Assembly: GCA_013334575.1 (NCBI GenBank)
Contig: JAAXXG010000004.1
Span: 18,464 to 82,463, forward strand
Direction of reading: 5' to 3'
DNA length: 64,000 nucleotides
From: Candidatus Moraniibacteriota bacterium
Lineage (GTDB): Bacteria > Patescibacteriota > Minisyncoccia > Moranbacterales > UBA1568
Made by a program: the position numbers and the translations under genes. Below the pieces are notes generated by a model that worked only from the letters and a program-made list of their open reading frames with translations, had not been told where the DNA came from and did not search any database. Positions 38,364 to 55,410 of the stretch are shown one piece after another (positions within the stretch are counted from its first letter, which is position 1; each line of letters opens with the position of its first letter).

Positions 38364-38858
38364 ATGGAGGCACTCATGGATAGTTTAAAAAGGACGAACA
38401 TCAATCTGTTCTTGGTCAACTCGGCCCTTTTCGGCATTTTAATTTGCATCGCATGGCTTGGTATCCGGGAGTATGACAGCTGGAGGCTTGGCAGCGATCT
38501 TACAAGGGAAGTGCCGATGGAACAGGTTTCGATAAGTGGGAGCAGGGAATATCGCCTGTGCTTCTTGGCGAGGTACGAGGATGGAAAATGTGAGAGTATC
38601 GATCTCATCCGCGGAACCACGGAGACTTATCCGGTCGATAATCCGCATTGCTGGCAATTTCAGGAGGAATTGAATTGGCAACCCGGTTTTCCTACGCTCC
38701 CTACTCTCAAGGCGAGGCTGACGGAAGGTGTTCCAAAAGACGAGATTCCTGTCCGAGGAAAAAAGACTTTTCAAGGGGTGGCTGTCGTGGAATATGTCGA
38801 TGGCTTCGCTGGCTGGAGAAATATCCATGTGGTTCCGCAATCAATCAGAGCTGAATAA
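38364..38858 (+). CDS. Hypothetical membrane-anchored protein (paralog of 37029-37502)
   Basis: Shared motifs E.P.EQV, FLA...DG....I.L, IP.KG.K.F.G...VE..DG...W.NIH. Confidence 0.7.
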   Translation: MEALMDSLKRTNINLFLVNSALFGILICIAWLGIREYDSWRLGSDLTREVPMEQVSISGSREYRLCFLARYEDGKCESIDLIRGTTETYPVDNPHCWQFQEELNWQPGFPTLPTLKARLTEGVPKDEIPVRGKKTFQGVAVVEYVDGFAGWRNIHVVPQSIRAE

Positions 38859-39047
38859 ACCACATGACAACCGAAAGCGGCGCGAGAATCGTGCCGCTTT
38901 CAAAGTTTCTATCCTCGTTCTCGATGTTGACTGATGATATTCGGCACGTTTCGTGAAGCTTGAATTGGTTTCTTTTCGTATTCACGACCTTTTCGGGGGA
39001 GTCTAGTTTCGGTGAAAAGACCGTATGCTGTAACCGAAAAGGAAAGG

Positions 39048-39122
39048 AGCGGCTGGGATATTTCCGGTCGCTTTTCTCTTTTCATGGTACGAGTCAGGTT
39101 GTTTCTGTCACGAACCCGTTGA
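39048..39122 (+). repeat. 75-bp intergenic repeat, copy 2 (hairpin in inverted orientation)
   Basis: Matches 37526-37600. Confidence 0.85.
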
Positions 39123-39276
39123 ACATCCGGAAGAGGGAATCGAGGAGCGATCCGGCTCCCGTTTGACCGAAAAGGGCTTTCTTGCTAGGATTTTTCCGCT
39201 ATCTGTCAAGCAGGGTGCTTGATTTTTTCGTTAACAAGACGCGGGTCATCCGTGTCGACAACCATGGGGGTGTATC

Positions 39277-40758
39277 ATGAAGCCTTTCGTATCGAAGATT
39301 TTTCCGGGTAAAGAACTGGTCTTTCCCGGTTCAAAAGAATGGGTCGCTATCGGTGGGAGGGATATGTTTCCCGCCGCAGCCAAGGTGCTTCTGAGCACCA
39401 GTATTTACACTATCGGCGTCATCGGATACGGTTCGCAGGGGCACGCGCATGCGTTGAACCTCCGCGATTCGCTCAAAGGGGTCGATATCACGGTCAGAGT
39501 CGGTCTTTCGGTGGGGAGTGCTTCCCGGGCGAAGGCAATAGCCGACGGATTTACGGAAGAAAACGGCACGCTCGGTGAGACGTTTGACGTCATCCGGAAA
39601 TCGGACCTTGTCATCCTGCTGATTCCCGACTCGGAACAGGTCAGGCTGTATAAGGAAATCTTCGAGGCGATGCGTCCGGGAGCGTTTCTTGGTCTCGCGC
39701 ACGGGTTCCTGCTCGGTCATCTGGAAAGCGTCGGCGAGTATTTCCCGGACAAGTTCAGCGTCATCGGGGTCTGTCCGAAGGGGGTCGGCCCGTCCGTCCG
39801 CTGGTGGTACGAACAGGGGCGCGAGCGGAACGGTGCCGGAATCCCATGCTCTTTCACGGTGGAGCGCGATTATGGCGGTGCCGGTGACGTCGCGCTTGCC
39901 TGGGCGATCCTGATCGGCGCGCCGTCTGTTTCCTGGACGACGCTCCGGCAGGAGTATCGGAGCGATCTGGTCGGGGAACGTGCCGTATTGCTTGGCGGTT
40001 TGTGGGCGCTTGTCGAGGAGACCTACCGGTATTTCGTCGCCAACGGCATGCGAGAGGAGGATGCATTCAATCTGGCCGTCGAAGGCATTACCGGCCCGAT
40101 CAGCGATCGCATCTCGCGGCATGGCGGACTGCTCGGACTCTACCGCGAGGTTTCGGAAAAGGAGGGAGGTGTGGAGGAGTTCGCTCGTGCCTATATCGTC
40201 ATGTACGGTCCGGCGAAGGAGTTGATCAAGCAGATCTATGAAAGTGTCTACTCCGGAGACGAGATCCGTGAAGTGGTCGCGATGGCGAATCAGCCGATGA
40301 AACCGATCGACGGTTCCGACATGTGGACGGTCGGCAAGCGGGTTCGGGAGAATCGCGGGCGCATGAACTGGGAAATCGATCCGATGGTCGCCGGTTTCTA
40401 TGTCGCCATGATGATGGCACAGGTCGACGTGTTCCGCGAGAACGGCCATTACTGGAGCGAAGTCTGCAACGAGAGCATCATCGAGGCGATCAAATCGCTG
40501 AGTCCGCTCATGCATGCCAAAGGCGTCGGCTTCATGGTGGATAGCTGCTCTCCGACGGCGAGACTTGGCACCAGGAAAAGGGGTCCGCAGTTCATGACGG
40601 TCATCCGGGAAGAGGTTCTGCCCGGCTTCGACCAGTCGATGGGGATGCCGTCATCGGAGACCCATCTTTTCCAGGAGTTTCTGACACATCCGGTACACTC
40701 AGCACTCGCTCTGTGTCTCCATCTGGTTCCGCAAGAGGACCTGTACGTAGGCAATTGA
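39277..40758 (+). CDS. ilvC: Ketol-acid reductoisomerase, long plant-type (class II)
   Basis: IGYGSQGHAHALNLRDS, LIPD, HGFLLGHL, VCPKG.GPSVR, EYRSDLVGERAVLLG, NESIIE, MVDSCS.TARLG.RK. Confidence 0.9.
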   Translation: MKPFVSKIFPGKELVFPGSKEWVAIGGRDMFPAAAKVLLSTSIYTIGVIGYGSQGHAHALNLRDSLKGVDITVRVGLSVGSASRAKAIADGFTEENGTLGETFDVIRKSDLVILLIPDSEQVRLYKEIFEAMRPGAFLGLAHGFLLGHLESVGEYFPDKFSVIGVCPKGVGPSVRWWYEQGRERNGAGIPCSFTVERDYGGAGDVALAWAILIGAPSVSWTTLRQEYRSDLVGERAVLLGGLWALVEETYRYFVANGMREEDAFNLAVEGITGPISDRISRHGGLLGLYREVSEKEGGVEEFARAYIVMYGPAKELIKQIYESVYSGDEIREVVAMANQPMKPIDGSDMWTVGKRVRENRGRMNWEIDPMVAGFYVAMMMAQVDVFRENGHYWSEVCNESIIEAIKSLSPLMHAKGVGFMVDSCSPTARLGTRKRGPQFMTVIREEVLPGFDQSMGMPSSETHLFQEFLTHPVHSALALCLHLVPQEDLYVGN

Positions 40759-40830
40759 CGGGAGCCAAACCAAAAACGAAAGCGGGAGAGAAACCACTCC
40801 CGCTTTCAACGTTTCCGGCGATATCCGCAA

Positions 40831-43503
40831 TCAAACCGTTCCGGTCGCGAGGCTGTTCAACATACGGAACAGCGTATCGAGAAAAAGCTTGCCTGGATTC
40901 GGTTCGGAACCGTTTCGCAGCCGTTCGTCGGAGGCACCGAGGACGCGGGGGAGGGTGTCCGGAAGGTCGGCACGGACGGGCGTGCCGAGCGAGACGAATT
41001 CGTCGAAGCCGATCCGATCGACGGTCGGGTTCTCGGTCATACCGGTCAGCGTCGCTCCCGTTTCTTCCGCGGTTATATCCACGGCCGCGGCATCCGTTTC
41101 CGGAGTATCGTCCTCCGAAGCAAGGATCCAGACCCAACCCGCTCCCGTATCGGCATAGACGGCGTCGTCCGGGACGCTTTTTCCATACGAATATTCCACG
41201 GTCTGTACGGTCTTCCCGTCGGGGCGGCGGAGTTCTATGACGGCGCGTCCGTTGGGGAACGTGAAACGCGAGTCCGCATGACGGAGGATGATCTCCTCGC
41301 CGGGATCGACGGAGATGTCCGAGAGGATCGCGTGGTTCACGAGCTTCGACATGTCCGAGCCGGTCGCGATACTCCAGCCGGAGAGCGGGACCCGCTTCGG
41401 GGAATCGTTCCGGATGCGTATCCATTCGGAATCCGTATCCCTGCCGGTCGGATTCGGACAGAGCCGGGTCAGATGCAGGTTCCTCGAGGGGTATTTGGCG
41501 ATGGTGATCGAAAACGGCTTCACGTATTCCTCGGTGCCGTCGCGGAGCGTGAGCGTTCCCTCGTACGTGCCGGTCTTTTCGTACCGGTGCCGGGTTGAGG
41601 CGAGGTAACTCCGGTGTCCGTCGCCGAAGTCCCAGACGTACTTCATCTTCTTCTTGTTCCCTTCGGTCGAGAACGGCGTCAGGACGCCGCGGTATCCCTT
41701 TTTCGGGATCGAGACCTCTTTTGCCTTCGGCTCCTTGCCGAAGAGGTTGTCGAGGCCGGGCGTGCGAGTCCTGCTCCATCGGTATTTCCCGTTTCCGGAA
41801 TACCCGTACGAGGCGTCTTCGGACGCGGTTTCGTAGGAGACCGCGTCCATTATCGTGCCGTCGCGCGCGACGAGCGAGACCGCGCCGTCGGAATTGCGGA
41901 GTGCGAGCCGGGTGAGCGAGCGTGGAAGGACGAGATACCCTTTCGCCGGGATCGTCATGTACGTCGGGTCGGTCTTTTCGGTCCAGGTGAATTTTCCGGC
42001 ACCGCTCCGGACGGTCCATCCGGAAAGTCCGACCGGTTCGTCGCCCGCGTTGGAGAGCTCGATCCATTCGTCCGGTTCGCCTTTCGTCTTCGGGTTCGGG
42101 AAGAGCTCGTTGAGGCGCACGATGCCGACCGGAGGTATGTGTGTGATGACCGGTTCCGGATCGAACGTATTCGGCGTGCCTCGTGTCGGGACGTGCGTCA
42201 ATCGGAACGCGTCTCCCGTCCGGGCATACGAGGCGTTCTGTTCGGTCTTCGAATAGGAAAACGAGTCGGCTACGGAGCCGTCCGGAAAAAGGAGGGAGAG
42301 CGTTTCCGTCCCGGTATTGTTGAGCGCGATGCCGGACAGTTTCGCGTCGATGATCGGAAACGATCCGGCGTCGGCGGAGAATCCCTTTGCGAATACATAT
42401 GTCCTGCCGGAAGCGTCGCGGAGCGCCCATCCGGAGAGGTCGACGGACGCGGCGGACGTATTCCGCAGCTCGATCCACTCGTCGGAGCCGGATTCGGGAT
42501 AGGGGAGAAACTCGTTTATGAGGATCGTTCCGAACGGTGGAACCGGAGCCGGTTCCGGAGTAGGTTCGACGGTCTCTTTCCTATGATTCGTAGGCGTCGG
42601 GAGCTTCGAGAGGGACCACTTTCCGGTTTCCCGGTCGAAGACGAGGCTCTCGTTCTTTCCCGGGTTGTCGCCGATACTCTTGGAAAACGGCGCCGTATGT
42701 CCCGAACCCCAGGTGACGGATGTGACCATGCCGCCCTTGTCATCGAAGAGCGCGAGGCTATTGTCCGTCGTGAGTGCGGGCGAGGTCTTGTTCGTGCTCA
42801 CGGCATCGGCGAGTCCGATGAATGCCGCGGAACCGTCCTTGTTCGCCCAGAGGAAGTATCCGTGCCCCGGGATCGTATCCGTATCCGAGAAGGCATGGAA
42901 GAGCGCGCCCTTCGTCGCCGTATCCCCCTTGGTCTTGCGGCGCAGTTCGAACCCTTTCAGGGAGAAGGCGGCCTCGTCCGTATTGTAAAGCTCGACGAAG
43001 TCGTCGTTTACGGTATCTCCGGCGATCTGAAGCTCGTTCAGGATCGGTCCGGTAGCGGCGTCTTTCGAAGGTCCATCCGCCGGATCGGCTCCGGATGCGG
43101 TCGGGAGAGTCGTAATGCCCGTGGAATCCGTTGTCTGGTACGCCGAAACGTCCGACGGTTCCGCATTGTCGGCTCCGGATGATGCCGGTGTTGCTGAAGG
43201 GGCGACCTCGACCGGCGGAATATCCGCAGTATCCGAAGACGCCTCCATCGTAGCCGGAGCGTCATCGGCGGATACCCGCGATGTCGGGGGCTCGGCCTCC
43301 GTTGCCTTGGTCGATTCGGCGGAAACGGATTCCGGTGATGATTCCGACGGCCCGGTGTCTTCGGAATCCGATGTGTCGGGCGTGGCCGACTCCGTCGTAG
43401 CGACGTTCCCGGCCCCGTCGGTCACGTCGGCGATGACGGGATCCGCCTCGCAGACGATGAGAGAGAAACAGAGCAGGAGCGGAATGACCGTTCGGTGTCC
43501 CAT
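40831..43503 (-). CDS. Secreted lamin-tail-domain (LTD) repeat protein with PKD domain
   Basis: Signal peptide; S/T/P/A/D-rich linker; repeated INE..P....EWIEL.N.....DLSGW and PTPG-like motifs; WDFGDG..H.Y...GTY (PKD). Confidence 0.85.
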   Translation of the reverse strand: MGHRTVIPLLLCFSLIVCEADPVIADVTDGAGNVATTESATPDTSDSEDTGPSESSPESVSAESTKATEAEPPTSRVSADDAPATMEASSDTADIPPVEVAPSATPASSGADNAEPSDVSAYQTTDSTGITTLPTASGADPADGPSKDAATGPILNELQIAGDTVNDDFVELYNTDEAAFSLKGFELRRKTKGDTATKGALFHAFSDTDTIPGHGYFLWANKDGSAAFIGLADAVSTNKTSPALTTDNSLALFDDKGGMVTSVTWGSGHTAPFSKSIGDNPGKNESLVFDRETGKWSLSKLPTPTNHRKETVEPTPEPAPVPPFGTILINEFLPYPESGSDEWIELRNTSAASVDLSGWALRDASGRTYVFAKGFSADAGSFPIIDAKLSGIALNNTGTETLSLLFPDGSVADSFSYSKTEQNASYARTGDAFRLTHVPTRGTPNTFDPEPVITHIPPVGIVRLNELFPNPKTKGEPDEWIELSNAGDEPVGLSGWTVRSGAGKFTWTEKTDPTYMTIPAKGYLVLPRSLTRLALRNSDGAVSLVARDGTIMDAVSYETASEDASYGYSGNGKYRWSRTRTPGLDNLFGKEPKAKEVSIPKKGYRGVLTPFSTEGNKKKMKYVWDFGDGHRSYLASTRHRYEKTGTYEGTLTLRDGTEEYVKPFSITIAKYPSRNLHLTRLCPNPTGRDTDSEWIRIRNDSPKRVPLSGWSIATGSDMSKLVNHAILSDISVDPGEEIILRHADSRFTFPNGRAVIELRRPDGKTVQTVEYSYGKSVPDDAVYADTGAGWVWILASEDDTPETDAAAVDITAEETGATLTGMTENPTVDRIGFDEFVSLGTPVRADLPDTLPRVLGASDERLRNGSEPNPGKLFLDTLFRMLNSLATGTV

Positions 43504-43606
43504 GGGTGTCGGTTTCGGTGTCGGTTTTATCACATCATAGCAGACGCGGTCGACGACGTTGAGAGAGGGCGATATTTCGTGTATACTATTGATAAGAAAC
43601 AAACCT

Positions 43607-43954
43607 ATGCGTATCGACATCGTCCCGGAAGGGAACAAGACCAAGCGCGAGAGTCAGCCGGAGAACGATTACGGCCTTCCGTTCATTTTCGATACCGTGT
43701 TCGGTGGCGTGAAGCATCTTTTGGAAAGCGTCGTCTCGAGCGTCGCCGACATGGTCGACGAGGCGCTCGGCATGGCGTTGCGGCGGGCCTTCGCCGTCAT
43801 TCTGGGAGTGTTCGGTATCTGGTTCCTGTTCAGCGGATTCGCGAAGCTGCTCGACTACCTGTACGGGGCTCCCGGCGTCGGCGAGGTGATCGTCGGGGCG
43901 CTGGTATTCATGTCGGCGATCATCGTGTCGGCGTTCGCCCGTCGATCCCGATAG
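43607..43954 (+). CDS. Small 2-TM membrane protein (YqjE/holin-like by context)
   Basis: Two TM helices; adjacent to a DUF883-like gene. Confidence 0.55.
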   Translation: MRIDIVPEGNKTKRESQPENDYGLPFIFDTVFGGVKHLLESVVSSVADMVDEALGMALRRAFAVILGVFGIWFLFSGFAKLLDYLYGAPGVGEVIVGALVFMSAIIVSAFARRSR

Positions 43955-43998
43955 GGCGGCGGAATAATAAACGGACCGTAAACCATAACAACAACGGT

Positions 43999-44280
43999 AT
44001 GGCGAAGAAAACGATCAGAAAGTCGACGAAGAAGCCGGTAAAGGCGTCATCGGTCGAGGCGTTCCGGAAGAACTTCGAGAAGGAGGTCGCGAAGGGGATG
44101 AAGTCGGTCGAGAAGGAGGCCGCGAAGATGAAGAAGTCGGTCGATACGGCCGTGAAGCAGGCCGACGCCTACATCCGCAAGAATCCCGAGAAGGCCATGG
44201 CGATCGCGTCCGGCATATCGGCGGCGCTCGGTGCGGCTGCGGCGCTTATAGCGACACATGGCAAGAAGGGGAAGAAATAG
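43999..44280 (+). CDS. DUF883/ElaB/YqjD-like tail-anchored protein, Lys-rich
   Basis: C-terminal ADAYIRKNPEKAMAIASGISAALG motif. Confidence 0.7.
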   Translation: MAKKTIRKSTKKPVKASSVEAFRKNFEKEVAKGMKSVEKEAAKMKKSVDTAVKQADAYIRKNPEKAMAIASGISAALGAAAALIATHGKKGKK

Positions 44281-44390
44281 CGTCCCGTACCGCTTCCGAC
44301 CGCCCCGGCGGATGCCGGGGCGGTTTTGGTATTCCTTGCGGAGCTCGGGTTCTTCACGATAGAGTATGAGAAAGTCGACTTGTTTCGAAT

Positions 44391-44858
44391 ATGACTACGG
44401 ACGAGCTGCTGGGACTGGTTCGCGATATCGTGGATGATGCGTTCCGATTGAGTGTCAAGCGGACATCGGAACATGTGGCGCCAGTGAACTACGCGTGTGT
44501 GTTCACTCAGTCTGCTGACGCTTACGAGGAAACGTTCGCCGCCGCCAAGTTGCTCGGCCGGGTCGTGACCGAAACGACGACGGGTCCGGTCTTTCTGATC
44601 AGGCCTATTCCGACCGATGCTGGTGACCTTCGTATATTGAAGATACGAAAGCCGGATCCGAAACGACGGGAACGAGGCGATGCGGATTTTACCGTCCCGG
44701 ACTACGAATCGTTCAAGGGGAAGCATGTCGGGACGCCGGGATTTTCCGTGATCGTTCGGCCGGAAATGGAAATGGTCGAACTGCTGGATCCGTCGAGTGA
44801 CGTGCTTGTCTATTATTCTCATCCGACTCTCGGGGAGGTTCTCGGACTTGCGATGTAG
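44391..44858 (+). CDS. Hypothetical protein
   Basis: 155-aa ORF with genome-typical codon pattern (YACVFTQS, LKIRKPD..R.ERGDADF, EMVEL.D). Confidence 0.7.
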   Translation: MTTDELLGLVRDIVDDAFRLSVKRTSEHVAPVNYACVFTQSADAYEETFAAAKLLGRVVTETTTGPVFLIRPIPTDAGDLRILKIRKPDPKRRERGDADFTVPDYESFKGKHVGTPGFSVIVRPEMEMVELLDPSSDVLVYYSHPTLGEVLGLAM

Positions 44859-44877
44859 GAGTCTTGTCGCTTCCGGT

Positions 44878-45660
44878 ATGTTGCGTCGCAGCATTATCGT
44901 ATATAGCTTATCTGTCTTGATCGTCGCCGGTTTCGCGGTGACGCTTTTGCGTGTCTCGTTCAGCGGGAAACGATCCTTCGAGAATCCCGTGAGTGATCCG
45001 GTGCCGACGGAGGTATCCGCGGAAAGGGCCGATTCCGACTCGCAGGCGGGGGATACCGTGACGGCCGACGGGTCCGAACAGGTTTCGATCGAAGGCGGAA
45101 CGGGTGCGCCGGAAGCGGCTGTGTCATCCGCGGGTACCGAGAAGGCGACTGAGCCCGATACGGTATCGTCCCGGAAGGAGGTCGGAGGTGTTCGGGCTCC
45201 GAAAATCACCGATCGGCTTGTCACGTTCGGGTACGAGGATCGCTCGTCGCGGAATATCGATACGATCGTCGTTCATTCTTCCTACGATGCGATCGGGGAC
45301 GATCCGTATTCGGTGTCGGGCGTCATCGAGGAATATCGGCAGTACGGCGTCTCGGCGCACTACCTGATCGATCGGAAGGGGGGCATCTCCCGGCTGGTCG
45401 AGGATCGCGATGTCGCATACCATGCCGGAGTCTCCACGATGCCGGACGGCCGTACGGGCGCGAATGCGTTCTCGATCGGCATCGAGGTCATCGAGAAGGA
45501 TACGGACTCGCCGACTTCGGCGCAGTACGCGAGTCTCCGGTCGCTCGTCACGTACCTCAAGGGGGAGTACGACATAAAGTACGTCCTCGGACATCGCGAT
45601 ATCGCACCCGGCCGCAAGACCGATCCATGGGGGTTCGACTGGAGCAGGATGAGAGAGTAA
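44878..45660 (+). CDS. N-acetylmuramoyl-L-alanine amidase (Amidase_2/AmpD family), membrane-anchored
   Basis: IVVHSS, VSAHYLIDR.G, AYHAG.S, N.FSIGIE, GHRDIAPGRKTDP. Confidence 0.92.
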   Translation: MLRRSIIVYSLSVLIVAGFAVTLLRVSFSGKRSFENPVSDPVPTEVSAERADSDSQAGDTVTADGSEQVSIEGGTGAPEAAVSSAGTEKATEPDTVSSRKEVGGVRAPKITDRLVTFGYEDRSSRNIDTIVVHSSYDAIGDDPYSVSGVIEEYRQYGVSAHYLIDRKGGISRLVEDRDVAYHAGVSTMPDGRTGANAFSIGIEVIEKDTDSPTSAQYASLRSLVTYLKGEYDIKYVLGHRDIAPGRKTDPWGFDWSRMRE

Positions 45661-45672
45661 AGAAAAAACGAC

Positions 45673-46221
45673 ATGGGAAAAAGGATTACGTTCGTAACCG
45701 GAAATCCGGCGAAGGCGGACTATCTCGCGAAGTACCTTGGCTTTCCGGTGGAACATCGGAAGCTGGATCTCGACGAACTTCAATCGCTTGATCTCCGGGA
45801 AATCGTCGAACACAAAGTCCGACAGGCATACGCATCGGTCGGAGCGCCGGTTATCGTCGAGGATGTCTCGCTTGAATTTTTCGCACTCGGTCGGCTTCCG
45901 GGGCCGTTCATCCGTTTTTTCGTGGAGGAGGTTCCGTTTGAAACGATCTGCTCGATGCTCGACGGAAAGCCTCGCGAGGCGATAGCCCGGTGCGTTTTCG
46001 GGTATTTTGACGGCAACACCCTTGAGCTTATCGAGGGCGAGTTGCCGGGACGGATCGCGAATCAGCCTGCGGGCGATCGAGGCTATGGTTGGGATCGCAT
46101 CTTTATTCCGGAAGGGTACGATATCACTCGTGCGCAGTTCAACGAGGAAGACGACCGGAAGACCTATCTCCGACTGAAACCGTTTGCTGCACTCAAATCG
46201 TTCCTGGAGACTACCGTATGA
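45673..46221 (+). CDS. Non-canonical purine NTP pyrophosphatase (Ham1/RdgB family)
   Basis: FVTGNPAK, ELQ, VEDVSL..ALGRLPGPFI, GYGWD.IF.P. Confidence 0.9.
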   Translation: MGKRITFVTGNPAKADYLAKYLGFPVEHRKLDLDELQSLDLREIVEHKVRQAYASVGAPVIVEDVSLEFFALGRLPGPFIRFFVEEVPFETICSMLDGKPREAIARCVFGYFDGNTLELIEGELPGRIANQPAGDRGYGWDRIFIPEGYDITRAQFNEEDDRKTYLRLKPFAALKSFLETTV

Positions 46222-46520
46222 CGTATTCATTCAATCTAAACATCGATAAGGAGTCGTCGCGACTCGTCCTGCTGAAGGACGTGGAAGAGATCGTGTCGCG
46301 GGAGTGGCCGGAGTCGCGGGATATGGGGCGACAGCTTTTCGAGGCGATCGATGGCATTCTGACGGAGACCGGTCTTGTGCCGGCGGACGTGCCTTCGTTC
46401 GGTATCGAGACCGACGTTTCGGATTCGTTTACATCGGTGAAGATCGGCGAGTCCGTGGCGAAGGCATGGGAGTTTGGAACGGGCGACTTAAAGGCTTCAA
46501 ATGGGAAAGGGGCTTTGTAG
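46218..46520 (+). CDS. Short TsaB-like protein (N-terminal lobe only)
   Basis: LFEAID.IL...G....DV..F and SFTSVKIG...AKA resemble the TsaB motif GSFTGLRIG; overlaps the rdgB-like stop. Confidence 0.6.
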   Translation: MTYSFNLNIDKESSRLVLLKDVEEIVSREWPESRDMGRQLFEAIDGILTETGLVPADVPSFGIETDVSDSFTSVKIGESVAKAWEFGTGDLKASNGKGAL

Positions 46521-46549
46521 AGCCGTATTCTTGGATTAAAATTGGCTGC

Positions 46550-46578
46550 TTGACAGAGAGTCGGCCGATTGGTATCAT
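46550..46578 (+). promoter_or_regulatory. sigma70 promoter of rpoBC
   Basis: TTGACA-17-TATCAT, about 230 bp upstream of rpoB. Confidence 0.75.
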
Positions 46579-46806
46579 GAGTCTACTTGCATAGGGAGTC
46601 CGCTCTAGAGGGCTTTCGATAGGGGTAAACAAACAACCGCGCCTCGGCGCGGATTTGCACGTCGAGTTTTTCCTTTTTTCCCCAAAGGAGAATGTTCCGC
46701 GACCTCTCGGGTGGATCAATTTCATAGATAACCAGAACCATCAGTCCCTGCTTGCCTTCGGGTCGCTCCCGAGAAGAAGACAAGAAGTGGCGATGGAAAT
46801 TTTCGT

Positions 46807-50238
<3,432 letters not shown>

Positions 50239-50265
50239 GCTTCACTGACTTCTAACGCCATCCCT

Positions 50266-53868
<3,603 letters not shown>

Positions 53869-54008
53869 GCCCGACACGCATGTCCCGAAGAAAACGCTCC
53901 CGATCCGTCGGGGGCGTTTTCGGTTTATACAGACGCATGCGTATCGGAAGTCGATCGTGAATCCGGGAATCGCTTTTTCACTTGTAGGTACGAAAAAGTC
54001 CGACAGTA

Positions 54009-54608
54009 TTACTGTCGGACTTCCTGTTGTCGGTTCGGATTTCCGAGATAGTACGGCATAGTCCGATCGTTCAGGGCCGCCTTGTACTTTACCGCCATGA
54101 CCGCATCCGCGAACGGCTTGGGAATCCATGATTGGAAGTTTTCCGGTCCTTCTGCTACGGCGCGTTTCCTGAGGAATACGAGGTCGCCCGTGAGATGGGC
54201 ACCGATGCTTCGTTGAACAATTTCGATCATTCCGCTGCCGCGGCGGGTAACCGTGATGATCGAATGCGCGGACGAACACCACCCCTGTATGTCGCAGTTC
54301 TTTCCGGTTTCCTGAAGCCAGTATGGATTCAGTTTCTGGCCCGAAGGTCCGCAGACCACTATGACGGATCTGTCCGCATCCCGGAAACGTTCCGGATAGC
54401 TGATCCGTTGCAATTTTCCTCGGAGGGGTTCCGGAACGATAAAAAGTCCATGTTCGGATTTCGATTTCGGTAATCTGAGGATGGCACGTTTGTCGTTTCT
54501 TGCGAGAAGCAGTCTTCGCAGCTCAGTCGCACGGACGGCCGATTCGAATTCGTCGCGACTAATGGCAACCGTGATGTGCGGAGAGGTCGGGATACCGGAA
54601 TAGTTCAT
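54009..54608 (-). CDS. Hypothetical protein, tandem paralog family member 1
   Basis: VIVVCGPSGQKLNPYW..WCS..FADAVMAVKYKA; own promoter TTGACC-17-TATCAT. Confidence 0.75.
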   Translation of the reverse strand: MNYSGIPTSPHITVAISRDEFESAVRATELRRLLLARNDKRAILRLPKSKSEHGLFIVPEPLRGKLQRISYPERFRDADRSVIVVCGPSGQKLNPYWLQETGKNCDIQGWCSSAHSIITVTRRGSGMIEIVQRSIGAHLTGDLVFLRKRAVAEGPENFQSWIPKPFADAVMAVKYKAALNDRTMPYYLGNPNRQQEVRQ

Positions 54609-54722
54609 GATAGGTATTTCTGGCGGTTTGGTTTAAGAATTGATGGTAAGGGGCGAAAAGAGATGATACCTGAGCGGACGGATCCGGTCAACCGGTTGCG
54701 TACAAGTGAAAGGCCTCGCGTA

Positions 54723-55352
54723 TTACGGCGAGGCCTGATCGGTCGTTTTGTGGAAGTACGAGATCCGCAAAAGCGGATTTTTCTCGGTCATTTCGAGATC
54801 TTTCTTTCTGTTACACGCTTTGTCGAGTGCGGCACGGATCGTCTCCTCGTATCTGCAAAGCGTTATTTTGTCGAGATGTCCGATTTTCTCGTCGGTGATT
54901 TTATTTACGAAGATCCTGATAATGCCATCCTGAACGTCTCCCATCGCATGATTCCTGATGATCACTCTGGGATTCTGCGTCTTGGCGCGGACGGTGTATG
55001 CGGTATAGCCTTGATCCGGAGAGAACCAGGCGGTGATTTCCGGCGGCATATCGTCGGAGACATCCCTGAACCATTGCCTGAACCTCCTTCCCTTATGCGT
55101 GCATACGATTGTCGCCGCATCGGTATTCTGCGAGTACGTTTCCGGGACGAAGAGTCGGAGCCGTCGGTTCCGCAGTGATTCGGGAACGTGGAACGCCTTC
55201 TTGTTCGCGTCGAGAATCGGTAACGGCACGATCCGTTTTCCGCCGCTTATCCAGCTCGCTTCGAGAAGTTCCTGGTCGAGCTTTCTCTCGATATCGACGA
55301 CAACCGCGATGAACGGTTCCCGTCCCCGGTACGCTTTTTGCGGTCGTTTCAT
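54723..55352 (-). CDS. Hypothetical protein, tandem paralog family member 2
   Basis: ATIVCTHKGRRFRQWF..AWFS..YEETIRAALDKA. Confidence 0.75.
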   Translation of the reverse strand: MKRPQKAYRGREPFIAVVVDIERKLDQELLEASWISGGKRIVPLPILDANKKAFHVPESLRNRRLRLFVPETYSQNTDAATIVCTHKGRRFRQWFRDVSDDMPPEITAWFSPDQGYTAYTVRAKTQNPRVIIRNHAMGDVQDGIIRIFVNKITDEKIGHLDKITLCRYEETIRAALDKACNRKKDLEMTEKNPLLRISYFHKTTDQASP

Positions 55353-55410
55353 GGTGAACGGGTTTTCGTTTGAGGTAAGTCGGTCGAGCGCCTATCGTCG
55401 GAATGTGATC

